Translations under genes and position numbers: made by a program
The notes under the pieces: generated by a model
What the model saw: only the letters and a program-made list of their open reading frames with translations
Database searches by the model: none
Told to the model about the DNA's origin: nothing
Shown: piece after piece, positions 50,049-59,849 of the stretch
Numbering within the stretch: the stretch's first letter is position 1
Layout: every line of letters begins with the position of its first letter
Origin: an uncultured delta proteobacterium
GTDB taxonomy: Bacteria > Desulfobacterota > Binatia > UBA9968
Direction of reading: 5' to 3'
DNA length: 64,000 nt
Assembly (NCBI GenBank): GCA_963760795.1
Contig: CAVXEP010000032.1
Coordinates: 481,992-545,991, forward strand

Positions 50049-51905
50049 ATGAAAACTACCAAGAAGGCGATCAAGGCGAGCATCCGTCAATCGAATAGCG
50101 CAGCCATCGACCGGCCGGAGAATCTCGGCAAGCCGCAGATGAGGTGGGGCAGCGACGTGGTCGCCGAGACCACGCGACAACTCAATCTCAAATATATCGC
50201 TTTGGTGCCTGGGGCGAGCTACCGCGGTTTTCATGACAGCATCGTCAATTATCTCGGCAACGAAAATCCCCAGATGGTGATCTGCCTGCATGAAGAGCAT
50301 GCGGTGTCGATCGCCGACGGTTACGGCAAGGTGACCGAGACGCCGATGGCGGTGGCGTTGCACGCTAATGTCGGCCTACTGCACGCGTCCATGCCGATCT
50401 TCAACGCTTGGTGCGATCGCACGCCGATGATCATCTTCGGCGCCACCGGTCCGGTGGATGCGCATTTGCGCCGGCCATGGATCGACTGGATTCACACCGC
50501 CAAAGATCAAGGCGCGGTGATTCGTGACTACACCAAATGGGACGACCAGCCGGCGTCCGCCCAGGCGGCGGTGGAGTCGGTGCTGCGTGCCAATCAAATC
50601 ACTCGCACGGCGCCGCGCGGGCCGGTCTATATCTGTCTCGATGCCGGTTTGCAGGAGTCGGCGCTCACCGACGAGATCGTCATTCCCGACGCCTCACGTT
50701 TCGCGCCGGCGCCGACACCGGCGGTAGCGGCGGCATCGATTGAGCAAACCTTGAAGGCCATCGAGCAAGCGCAGTTCCCATTGATCCTGGCCGGACGCGT
50801 GTCGCGCGATCAGGGCGATTGGGATCGGCGCGTGCGCTTTGCCGAAGCGATCGGCGCCGCGGTGCTGACCAGCAGCAACGACCCGTCGGCATTCCCCACT
50901 ACCCATCCGCTGCACTACGCCGCCCCCTGTGTGCGGCCCAACAAAGCGGCGACGGCGTTGATTGAAAAGGCCGATCTGATTATCAGCTTGGATTGGCTCG
51001 ACCTCGCCGGCGTGCTGCGTTTGAGCTTGGGTAAATCGCAGACTCAGGAGCCGGCGGCGAAAACAATCGTCAGCTGCTCCGTCGACAGCTACCGGACCAA
51101 TGGTTGGAGCATGGATCATCAAGCGCTTGCCGCGGTGGATATTCCAATTCTCGCCGAACCCGATCAATTCGTTGCGCAGATGCTCGATGCCCTCGGTGGC
51201 AAAAAGGCCGCCAAAATGAAGCCGCGGGCGGCGATGAAGGGGCTTAGCCACTGGAACGCTAACAAATTCGCCAAACCTTCCAGCAAAGACCAGATGACCA
51301 TGTGGGACATGGCTATGACCATCCGTGAATATGCTCAAGGGCGCGATGTGACCTTTGCCCGTCTGCCAATCGGCTGGCCAGGAGAAGCTTTCGAATTCGA
51401 CGGACCATTGTCTTTTATGGGTAATGACGGCGGCGGCGCAGTCGGCACCGGCCCGGGCCATACCATCGGCGCCGCACTGGCGCTTAAGGATTCCGGGCGG
51501 CTCACCATCGGTGTCATCGGCGATGGCGATTATCTCATGGGCGTCAACGCTTTGTGGACCGCCGCTCATTTCAACATTCCCGTGATGATCGTGGCGGCGG
51601 ATAACCGGTCTTATTTCAACGACGAGTTGCATCAAGAGCGGGTCGCCAATATGCGTAGCCGTCCGCCGCAGAACCGTTGGATCGGCCAGCAAATCGATCA
51701 CCCCCATGTGGATCTGGTCGCCATGGCACGGGCGCAAGGTTTCGACAGCGAAGCGCCGGTGACTACCGCCGACGATTTGATGAAAGCGCTCAAAAAAGGC
51801 GCCGCCATCGTTGCCAAGGGGGGTCGGTACTTTATCGATTCACTGGTGCAACCGGGCTACGCTGACAGCGGCCCCGATCAACGGGCGAGCTTGGGAAAGA
51901 AATAG
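50049..51905 (+). CDS. Thiamine pyrophosphate-binding enzyme (benzoylformate decarboxylase/ALS-like)
   Basis: LHEEHAV, GPVYI, GDGDYLM...DN. Confidence 0.87.
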   Translation: MKTTKKAIKASIRQSNSAAIDRPENLGKPQMRWGSDVVAETTRQLNLKYIALVPGASYRGFHDSIVNYLGNENPQMVICLHEEHAVSIADGYGKVTETPMAVALHANVGLLHASMPIFNAWCDRTPMIIFGATGPVDAHLRRPWIDWIHTAKDQGAVIRDYTKWDDQPASAQAAVESVLRANQITRTAPRGPVYICLDAGLQESALTDEIVIPDASRFAPAPTPAVAAASIEQTLKAIEQAQFPLILAGRVSRDQGDWDRRVRFAEAIGAAVLTSSNDPSAFPTTHPLHYAAPCVRPNKAATALIEKADLIISLDWLDLAGVLRLSLGKSQTQEPAAKTIVSCSVDSYRTNGWSMDHQALAAVDIPILAEPDQFVAQMLDALGGKKAAKMKPRAAMKGLSHWNANKFAKPSSKDQMTMWDMAMTIREYAQGRDVTFARLPIGWPGEAFEFDGPLSFMGNDGGGAVGTGPGHTIGAALALKDSGRLTIGVIGDGDYLMGVNALWTAAHFNIPVMIVAADNRSYFNDELHQERVANMRSRPPQNRWIGQQIDHPHVDLVAMARAQGFDSEAPVTTADDLMKALKKGAAIVAKGGRYFIDSLVQPGYADSGPDQRASLGKK

Positions 51906-52038
51906 CTCGCCATCCTCTTGGCAAAGCAAGAAAATTAAAAATAATTAGGAAATAAGACGTTGCCAGTCTTTAGCTTTCACTCCACACGGAACTAATTCCG
52001 GAAAAAATAGTAGCCCTAGTTGAAATGTTATAAGTACC

Positions 52039-52168
52039 CAGGCTGTTGAAAAACTCGCTATTCATTTCAAACCGGCTTAGAACCCGCAAGAATACGTAAC
52101 GATTTCAACTATCGCTATGCTCGCGCAAATGCCATTACCTGTGGAGTTTTGAGTTTTTAAACAACCTG
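52039..52168. mobile_element. 130-bp MITE-like element with IS5/IS1182-type terminal inverted repeats
   Basis: caggctgttgaaaaactc (52039-52056) and gagtttttaaacaacctg (52151-52168), 16/18 complementary; no transposase. Confidence 0.65.
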
Positions 52169-52318
52169 TAAAGTTCTCACCCCAACTCCATCCTTGTTGA
52201 GAAAATTCCTGTGTGACCGTCTCGATTTAAACAGGCCGAGGCGTTCCGATCGGCAGGTTAACCAAGGACGGGGTAGTTTTGAGTTTATTTGTTGACGGGA
52301 GGATCGGTTATAAACCAT

Positions 52319-53161
52319 ATGAAAAACGATTTGCTAAGAGGATGTTATTATCGCCTGTCAGATGGTTTAGATCTGCTTTTAGGACGTCGGGACAGTCTCA
52401 TCCCTCCGTGGAGGATCATTCATGATGGGTCCAGTAGCGTGGACCATTTTAAAAGCCAGATCCCGGTGTATTTGAAGGAGGTGCGACAGTTTGGACTCAA
52501 GCCAAGCGACAAAGTTTTAGATGTAGGATGCGGAAACGGTAAGCTCGGGATAGCACTGACAAAGTATCTAACTGCTGAAGGCAGCTATGAAGGGTTTGAC
52601 ATAGTTGCCTCCGCAATTAACTGGTGCAGTACAAACATCACCCCCAAATTTCCCAATTTTCGTTTTATACACGCCGATGTGTACAATACACACTACAACC
52701 CGCAAGGAAAATACCAGGCATCTGAGTACAGATTCCCGCATAAAGACGAGACCTTTGATTTTGTGCAACTCGGGTCTCTTTTTACACATCTCGTCCCCGA
52801 AAGCCTGGACCACTACCTAGCCGAGATCGCGCGGGTCTTGAAGCCCAATGGGATATCCATGATTACTTACTATCTGCTAACTCCTACGTCGCTAAGAGGC
52901 ATTGAGGCGGGATGGGCCACCAACAAATTCCCCTTCGCATATGGTTCTGAAGTATGTCGCGTGGCGAATAAGGATGACCCTGAACACGTTGTTGCTTATG
53001 ATGAAAATTTTATTAGGAGCATTTATCTGAAACACGGACTACATGTGGAAGAGCCTATTGTTCATGGTAAATGGTGGTGGGGAGATGCGGGCGATCAAGA
53101 TATGATAAAAGGCGTGAAAACAAGCAACCGTTCAACCAGTATTGGTCCGAACCAACGTTGA
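52319..53161 (+). CDS. Class I SAM-dependent methyltransferase, AT-richer than neighbours
   Basis: VLDVGCGNG, GFDI, SLFTHL, RVLKPNG. Confidence 0.88.
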   Translation: MKNDLLRGCYYRLSDGLDLLLGRRDSLIPPWRIIHDGSSSVDHFKSQIPVYLKEVRQFGLKPSDKVLDVGCGNGKLGIALTKYLTAEGSYEGFDIVASAINWCSTNITPKFPNFRFIHADVYNTHYNPQGKYQASEYRFPHKDETFDFVQLGSLFTHLVPESLDHYLAEIARVLKPNGISMITYYLLTPTSLRGIEAGWATNKFPFAYGSEVCRVANKDDPEHVVAYDENFIRSIYLKHGLHVEEPIVHGKWWWGDAGDQDMIKGVKTSNRSTSIGPNQR

Positions 53162-53820
53162 ACCTCGACTGAAAGACCGTCGGAAATCGGCACAAGATTG
53201 TCCTGCCCGCAGGAATCGCAATTAAATTGCCCGAACGCAGATTCGGACAGCGCCGGCGCAACGACCGAAGAATCACCTGCGCTTCCAGGCGGGCTAACCT
53301 TTCCGCAGTTCAGGAATAGGATACCCGCGGCGCCAATAGAGTCATGCGAAGGTTGCCGACTGGGCGGAGGCTCTTCGAGAATGGCGTCCAGTTTTGGGTG
53401 GGAGATCGATATGGTTTCCCGACACCTGGAGAATTCCTCGCACATCCTCGAAATCCTGAATTCCACCAGCGAAGAGTTCATCGCAATCAAGACCTCTTCG
53501 GCGATGTTCCTTAAACGTCAATGACCGTGCTCACAAAGGGGCGCGTTACCGAGAGATCACCGCTTGTGCAAGAAGAATAATAGGGGAAAGAAGTAAATTC
53601 TTTTCACGGGAAACGTCTGGCCTACTTGACCCGCTGGCTAATGGGTGTCCCTTTATCCTGTTCCGCAATTCAGGTGGTGAAAAACAAGAGTTAGCGGAGT
53701 GTGAACCCATATCGCGCTGGCAATCATAGCGGGCAGAATCGCAGACTGTTTAGTGGCAGAGCAGTAATGCGGGGCAGCGCAAACGATCACGGGCTAAACC
53801 GGTTGGCGGCACATGTCTCT

Positions 53821-56598
53821 TCACAGGAGCTTTTCTAGACATGCCCGTAACTGGTCGGCGACCAATGGTACATAGTCAAGCATGTAAGAAATATGGTCCC
53901 CACGAATAGCGTAGGTCTCGACACCTCCGGCAGCCGTTTCTGCCCAGCCAAACGTGCGATCGAACCCGTACCATTGTGCATTAATGATAACAACAAGCCG
54001 GCCAGGATAGTCGCTCGGCCAGTTGCTCCGATACTGGCCTCGAGCGCGAGCGACATGTTGTAGAAGCTCTTCCTCACTTGCGCTGAGAACCTCTTCAGAC
54101 TCCGGGGATGGTTCCGGGGAGTACTCCTGCGACACTCCAAGTTGAGTTTTTAGCCGCTTAAGAGCTTTCGCAGCTAAATAACGACTTCGTTCGCCATTCG
54201 GAAGCTTCTGGCTCTCTTGCCAATGGAAACTTGACGCTGCTACCAAATTCCTACACCATATCCCGAATCGTGAACTTAGTAACCGGCTACGTAAAAGATC
54301 CAAATCCTTTATCGAATAGGGTCCTAGGCGCCAATACCTGCCCGGTAAATATGGGCCTCGAGCATCCAACAGCACCAGTAAGCCCACTATTTTCCCCCTC
54401 TTCGACAATTGTCGGGCCGTTTCATAGGCTTCAGGCGCTCCGGCGCAGTCGCCGATTAAGTAATAAGGACCGTTGGGATGAAAATCTTCTATCTCTTGGA
54501 CATAGTTTGTTGCCAATTCTTCAACGGATGCGTGCGGCGGCGTATGGCTGTCGACGGCTTTTGCCTGGAGGCCATAGAATGAATATTCCTCCATGTACTT
54601 CGCGAGCCTCAGGAAGTGTGTGTAGTCGCCCAGGACACCGCAGAGATAGGGAAAGCAAAATATCGGCTTTTGGTTCGGTCCGCTACGAAGCTCAATGAGA
54701 TGGGAATAAGTAGCTTTCCCGTTCGAGCTGACCATCGGTTTGGATGGATGTTCAAGACGGGCCGCAAATTGCGCAATTGTCGGCGCTTCAAACAAAATGC
54801 GCACGGGCAAATCCACGCCCAGCTTCCGCCGCAGTTGCGAGATCATTTTGATACCGAGCATAGAGTGCCCGCCCAGATCAAAGAAATTGTCGTGGATGCC
54901 GACCTTCTGGACTTTCAGAACTTCAACCCAGAGATTTGCCAATAACTCTTCGACGGCAGTGCGAGGTGCCACACAAAGCTGGTCAACCAAGGGCTCAGCG
55001 GGATCGAGGGGCGGAAGAGCTTTACGGTCTACCTTACCGGTGGCGGTGAGCGGTAAAGAATCCAAAAAGACGAAAGCCGAAGGTACCATGTACTCTGGAA
55101 GCTTCTCATTGAGAAAACTTTTCAGTTCATTGGTTGTAGGAGCAGTTTCTTTCGCCGTTACAACATAAGCCACCAGCCGCTTGTCGCCGGATATTTCGTC
55201 ACGGGCCATGACCACTGTCTCGTGTATCATCGAGTGCTGCTGTAGTACCGCTTCAATTTCTCCGAGTTCAATGCGGAACCCTCTAATTTTGATCTGAGAA
55301 TCCTTTCGGCCCAAGTGAACGAAACAACCGTCCGCACGCATACGACCCAGGTCGCCGGTCAGGTAGATGCGCCGGTCGCTTCCGCTTGGGTCGGGAAAAA
55401 ACACTGCTTGCGTCAATTCCGGCCTGTTCCAGTACCCTTTCGATAAGTAGCGACTCTGCACACACACCTCGCCAACGTCGCCGGTGTGCACTTTTGCGCC
55501 TTTTTCATCGATCATGAAAACGTCAACGCCGGGTACTTGATATCCCGCTGGAACCACATCCGATGAAAGTTCTGATTGATGATTAAAGAAATTCCAGCAG
55601 ATGTTACCTGTCTCGGTGCTACCGAAGCGATTTACTAAACTACAGTCTTCGGTAAAATGACTTTTATACAGGCCGATATCGCCGAGTACGACGGGTTCGC
55701 TGCCCAATACGACTACTCGCATCATGGGAAACTGCTCGTGTTCGCCGAGAACGTTAACGACGTGACGAAAGAGCGTTGGTATCCAATGAGATATCGTAAT
55801 TTTCTCGTCTTTAAGCAAGTTTATCAGACTCGTGATGCCGGCCTCGGCTACGGATAAGGGAAACAAGGTCGCTCCGTTGAGCAGCGCACCGAATATGTCT
55901 AAGCGGGAGGCGCTGAACGAATGAGAGTGCAGCATCGTGATACGATCATCGGGAGAGATGTGGAGCCCATTCGAATAAGTCAAAATCTGATGGAGAATAT
56001 TTCTCTGACTTTGCGGGACTCCCTTTGGGCGTCCTGTCGAGCCAGACGTGTAAAACAAATAACCGAGTGCGTCAGGAGGTATTTCAAGTTTTGGTTCGAG
56101 TTCCGAACGGCTAGCATCGAGGCTGCCGTAATCGACGACGTGACACTTGCCTTCAGCAAGGTCCCAAGCCAACGAGAAATGGCGCGAACTAGATAAGATG
56201 AGAGCAGGCTCAACATCTCTCACGACGTCAACCAACCGCTCACGAGGATAACTCGGGTTCAAGGGAACATAGAATTTGCCCGCTTTGAGCACTCCGAGCA
56301 ACATAACAACCGCGGTAATGCCTTGCTCAACCAGTAGCGCAATCGGTTCCGCACCTTCGCCTCGTTGGGAGAGAATAGTCTGCGCGACGTGATTGGCGGC
56401 TCTATTGAGGTCGGCGTACGTCAGCATGCATTCCCTCGTCTTGACAGCAACCCGGTTGGCACACTTGGCTACTATCTTTTCGAATCGCTCCGGGATCGAT
56501 TGTTCAACGTCCTCCTGTCTGAACTCGGTGAAAGTACCGGCGGGATGAATGCACTTGTCCCTGATCGCTTGTTGCTCGGGTGGTAGTGTAATGCTCAT
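53821..56598 (-). CDS. Stand-alone NRPS-like enzyme, adenylation-thiolation-thioesterase (A-T-TE)
   Basis: YTSGSTGRPKG, TGDLG, KIRGFRIELGEIE, GKVDRKAL; PCP FFDLGGHS; TE GDCAG..LLD..GDH. Confidence 0.92.
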   Translation of the reverse strand: MSITLPPEQQAIRDKCIHPAGTFTEFRQEDVEQSIPERFEKIVAKCANRVAVKTRECMLTYADLNRAANHVAQTILSQRGEGAEPIALLVEQGITAVVMLLGVLKAGKFYVPLNPSYPRERLVDVVRDVEPALILSSSRHFSLAWDLAEGKCHVVDYGSLDASRSELEPKLEIPPDALGYLFYTSGSTGRPKGVPQSQRNILHQILTYSNGLHISPDDRITMLHSHSFSASRLDIFGALLNGATLFPLSVAEAGITSLINLLKDEKITISHWIPTLFRHVVNVLGEHEQFPMMRVVVLGSEPVVLGDIGLYKSHFTEDCSLVNRFGSTETGNICWNFFNHQSELSSDVVPAGYQVPGVDVFMIDEKGAKVHTGDVGEVCVQSRYLSKGYWNRPELTQAVFFPDPSGSDRRIYLTGDLGRMRADGCFVHLGRKDSQIKIRGFRIELGEIEAVLQQHSMIHETVVMARDEISGDKRLVAYVVTAKETAPTTNELKSFLNEKLPEYMVPSAFVFLDSLPLTATGKVDRKALPPLDPAEPLVDQLCVAPRTAVEELLANLWVEVLKVQKVGIHDNFFDLGGHSMLGIKMISQLRRKLGVDLPVRILFEAPTIAQFAARLEHPSKPMVSSNGKATYSHLIELRSGPNQKPIFCFPYLCGVLGDYTHFLRLAKYMEEYSFYGLQAKAVDSHTPPHASVEELATNYVQEIEDFHPNGPYYLIGDCAGAPEAYETARQLSKRGKIVGLLVLLDARGPYLPGRYWRLGPYSIKDLDLLRSRLLSSRFGIWCRNLVAASSFHWQESQKLPNGERSRYLAAKALKRLKTQLGVSQEYSPEPSPESEEVLSASEEELLQHVARARGQYRSNWPSDYPGRLVVIINAQWYGFDRTFGWAETAAGGVETYAIRGDHISYMLDYVPLVADQLRACLEKLL

Positions 56599-57084
56599 TC
56601 TGTTGATCGTTTGGTATCTCAGCCGTTTACGACGGCTCGCTTCCTCTTTGACGTCTTCCTTCTCTTCGCCAATACGACTAGGTAATTTATCTCGAAGCGG
56701 ATCAATTTGCGAATACGTACTCTATTTATCTTGCTTCTCTTGACCCGGCGGCAGCGTGTTTCCTTGTCAAGTTATCTGCGTCCTATGTCGGCGCAGCGAA
56801 GATTCTGACGGCGAACGAATTAGTTCTCCGCGCCCGACAGCCACGCCGGCAGTCTCCTGTTGAAGTGCTCACTCCTGAACAGGCGATGCGGTCATCTTTG
56901 CAGTTCATCGTCGGCCCGTTCGCGCCACACGCGGCGACTACCGAGCCACCCTCCCCTCGACACATCTTTGGGGTGCTGGGCGTTGCTAGTACTTGATAAA
57001 ACACGTGATTATTACTTGACATATATAATATTTAATTTTAAAGCTTTATCAGTCCAGCCAATTTTGGTGCTCTCAGGTGTGCTA

Positions 57085-58227
57085 GTGACTAAGCAAATCC
57101 GAATTATTTTTCCGCGATGGATCGCATTTCATCTCTTACTGCTCGGATTGCTTTGCGACTGCGCGTCACTGGTGTTTGGCCAGGCAATTAGACCACCTGC
57201 GGCCGCGGATTGGGAACGGATCGTCGATGCCGGACGCAAAGAGGGTAAGGTCACGGTCTCGATCCCGGCCAGCGCGGAGCTGCGCAAGCAGTTGGAAGAG
57301 CATTTTCGCAAACGCTTCGGCATCGAGGTCGAAGTGTTCACCGCCCGCGGCAGTGCTGGCGTACGGCGCATGGCCGATGAGTTCAAGTCTGGAGTGCGTC
57401 ACTTCGATTTGCATATCGGCGGTTCATCGTCGGCGGTGTCGGGGATGCTCGATGAAGGGATTCTCGATGCCATCGAGCCCTGGCTGGTTTTGCCCGAGGT
57501 GAAGGAGCCCAAGCAGTGGTGGGGCGGCCATATGTGGGTCGATAACGGGCAAAAATTTATTTACATGTTCCAAGCCTATCTCACCGAGAGCATCTGGATT
57601 AACACCGATCTGGCGAAACCGGCGGACTTCCGTTCCTACGATGATTTCTTGCAGCCGAAATGGAAAGGCAAGATCGGCTTTCTCGATCCTCGAACCCCCG
57701 GCGCGGGGGATTCCAATTGGGCTCACATGTGGGCGGTGAAGGGCGAAGAGTATCTAAAAAAATTCATCGCCCAAGACATCGTCCTCGGCCGCGATCAACG
57801 GTTGCTCGGTGAAAATCTCGCCAAGGGCAACGTGGCGGTCATGATCGGTCTGACCTCGTACAGCCTGCTGCCGTTCATCAAAGCCGGCCTGCCGGTCAAA
57901 CCGGTGCCGGCACTGAAAGAAGGGACTTACGGTACCGGCGGCAGCGGCAACCTGGCGATCATCAAAACCCCGGCCCATCCCAATGCGACGAAAGTTTTCG
58001 TCAATTGGCTGTTGTCCCGCGACGGCCAGGAGATCGTCGCCAAAGCGTTGGGCCAAGCGACCCGGCGCTTGGATGTCGATACCAAGTGGCTGCGCGAAAC
58101 CGGCGTGATCGCGGCCAAGGATCAGATGACTGTCAAAGAGTTTCTCCAGGTCGAGAACCAATCCGAAGAAAAGCTCGACAAAGTGCGGGAGCCGGCGCAG
58201 AAGTTGGCGACGGCGTTACTAAAATAA
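57085..58227 (+). CDS. Extracellular solute-binding protein (Fe3+/family 6-like), paralog 1
   Basis: KEGKV, KWKGKIGFLDPR, PAHPNATKVFVNWLLS.DGQ; start codon uncertain. Confidence 0.83.
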   Translation: MTKQIRIIFPRWIAFHLLLLGLLCDCASLVFGQAIRPPAAADWERIVDAGRKEGKVTVSIPASAELRKQLEEHFRKRFGIEVEVFTARGSAGVRRMADEFKSGVRHFDLHIGGSSSAVSGMLDEGILDAIEPWLVLPEVKEPKQWWGGHMWVDNGQKFIYMFQAYLTESIWINTDLAKPADFRSYDDFLQPKWKGKIGFLDPRTPGAGDSNWAHMWAVKGEEYLKKFIAQDIVLGRDQRLLGENLAKGNVAVMIGLTSYSLLPFIKAGLPVKPVPALKEGTYGTGGSGNLAIIKTPAHPNATKVFVNWLLSRDGQEIVAKALGQATRRLDVDTKWLRETGVIAAKDQMTVKEFLQVENQSEEKLDKVREPAQKLATALLK

Positions 58228-58263
58228 CTTTAAGCCGGCGGCGGCCAAAGGGGAGTGTGCGGC

Positions 58264-59847
58264 ATGCCAGGAGAGTATTTTTCGGATTTCCGCGATTATC
58301 TTAAGGCGCTGGAAAAGCGCGGCAAACTCCACACTTGGACTCGTCCAGTGAACAAGGACAGCGAGCTGATGCCGCTGATGCGGCTACAGTACCGCGGCAT
58401 CGCCGATGACCAACGCCAAGCGTTTTTATATGAAAACGTTTTCGATAGCCGCGGCAAGAAGCATGAACTGCGCGTTGCCACTGGAGTCTACGGCTCGTCG
58501 CGCGAGATTGCCGCGCTCGGTCTCGGCTGCGAGCAGCCATTGGAAATATACGAAAAGTGGCGCAACGCCCTGGCGAAACCGATCGAGCCGCGCCGGGTCG
58601 CCGCCGCGCCGGTTCAAGAGATTGTTTATACCGGCGAAGAGCTGAAAAAATTCGGAGTCACCGGCTTGCCGGCGCCGGTGGAAGAGCCGGGATTCAGCGG
58701 CGGCATTCGCGCCACCGCGCCGTTTATTACCGTCGATCCGCAGTCGGGCGTGCGCAATGTCGGCATGTACAGCGGCCACTTCCGCAGCGATCATCATTTG
58801 ATCGCCGGCATCGCACCGGTGCATCATGCGATGCTTTATCATCATCGCAGCGCGGTGAGCAGCAAGGAGCCGCTGCCGGTGGCGATCGTGCTCGGCTCGT
58901 TACCCGATGTGACTTTTGTCTCGGCGGCCAATTTGCCTTACGGCGTCGACGAACTTGCCGTTGCCGGCGGCATTCGCGGCAGACCGGTTGATGTCGTGCA
59001 GTGTAAGACGATCCCTTTGGAAGTTCCGGCCGAGGCTGAGATCATCATCGAAGGCGAGATTTCCATCGAGCGCAAGGAGCGCGGTGAGCCGTTCAGCGAT
59101 TATCCAGGCTATTTGATGGTCGAGCGGGAATTTCGCTCGGTGATCGAAGTCAAAGCGATCACCATGCGGCGCAACGCCATCTTCACGGCGATCTTGGTCG
59201 GCCTGCCACCGAGCGAGTCCAATGGTATTTCGCGCACCTGCCGCGAGATGATGCTTTACAATTTTCTCCGCTACAGCTGCGCCATGCCGGAAGTGCTCGA
59301 AGTCGCCTGCCCAGAAATGGGCGGCGGCTGGAACTGGTGGGTGATCCGCATGAAGAAGAGTCACCCGAGCAAACCGCGCCAAGCGTTGCACGCCGCCTCC
59401 GGCATGGACCCGACCAGCAAGATGATTATCGTCGTCGACGAAGATATCGACCCGAAAGACCCCGACATGGTCATGTGGGCGATGAGTTTCGCCATGCAGC
59501 CGCACCAGGATGTCGAGATCAGCACCGGCCGCTCGCCGCTGCTCGATCCGTCGGCGCACTCGCTCATGCGCGGCCGCGAAGAGCGCAGTTTTCCCGGTGC
59601 CGTGGGTTGCTCGGGTTTGTTGATCGACGCGACCCGCAAGGGGCCGTTTCCACCGGTGGGTTTGCCGAAGAAGCTGTACATGGAGCAAGCGCTGAAGATC
59701 TGGCAGGAGGCGGAGATGCCCCAACTAAATCTTAAGGAGCCCTGGTACGGCTATCCGTTGGGGCTTTGGGATGACGAAGACGACCGTCTCGCCGAGAAAG
59801 TCGTCCAAGGCGATTATTTTCAACACAAAGAAGTGAAAGGACACTGA
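58264..59847 (+). CDS. UbiD family protein with non-canonical active-site motifs
   Basis: UbiD motifs AEIIIEG, VDEDID, IDAT, but RNVGMYS and GEPFSDYPGY. Confidence 0.88.
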   Translation: MPGEYFSDFRDYLKALEKRGKLHTWTRPVNKDSELMPLMRLQYRGIADDQRQAFLYENVFDSRGKKHELRVATGVYGSSREIAALGLGCEQPLEIYEKWRNALAKPIEPRRVAAAPVQEIVYTGEELKKFGVTGLPAPVEEPGFSGGIRATAPFITVDPQSGVRNVGMYSGHFRSDHHLIAGIAPVHHAMLYHHRSAVSSKEPLPVAIVLGSLPDVTFVSAANLPYGVDELAVAGGIRGRPVDVVQCKTIPLEVPAEAEIIIEGEISIERKERGEPFSDYPGYLMVEREFRSVIEVKAITMRRNAIFTAILVGLPPSESNGISRTCREMMLYNFLRYSCAMPEVLEVACPEMGGGWNWWVIRMKKSHPSKPRQALHAASGMDPTSKMIIVVDEDIDPKDPDMVMWAMSFAMQPHQDVEISTGRSPLLDPSAHSLMRGREERSFPGAVGCSGLLIDATRKGPFPPVGLPKKLYMEQALKIWQEAEMPQLNLKEPWYGYPLGLWDDEDDRLAEKVVQGDYFQHKEVKGH

Positions 59848-59849
59848 CC

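Noticed and set aside
53095-53524. Overlapping ORFs on both strands between the methyltransferase and the NRPS-like gene
   Set aside because: No motif, RBS or clear coding signal; at most a degraded remnant
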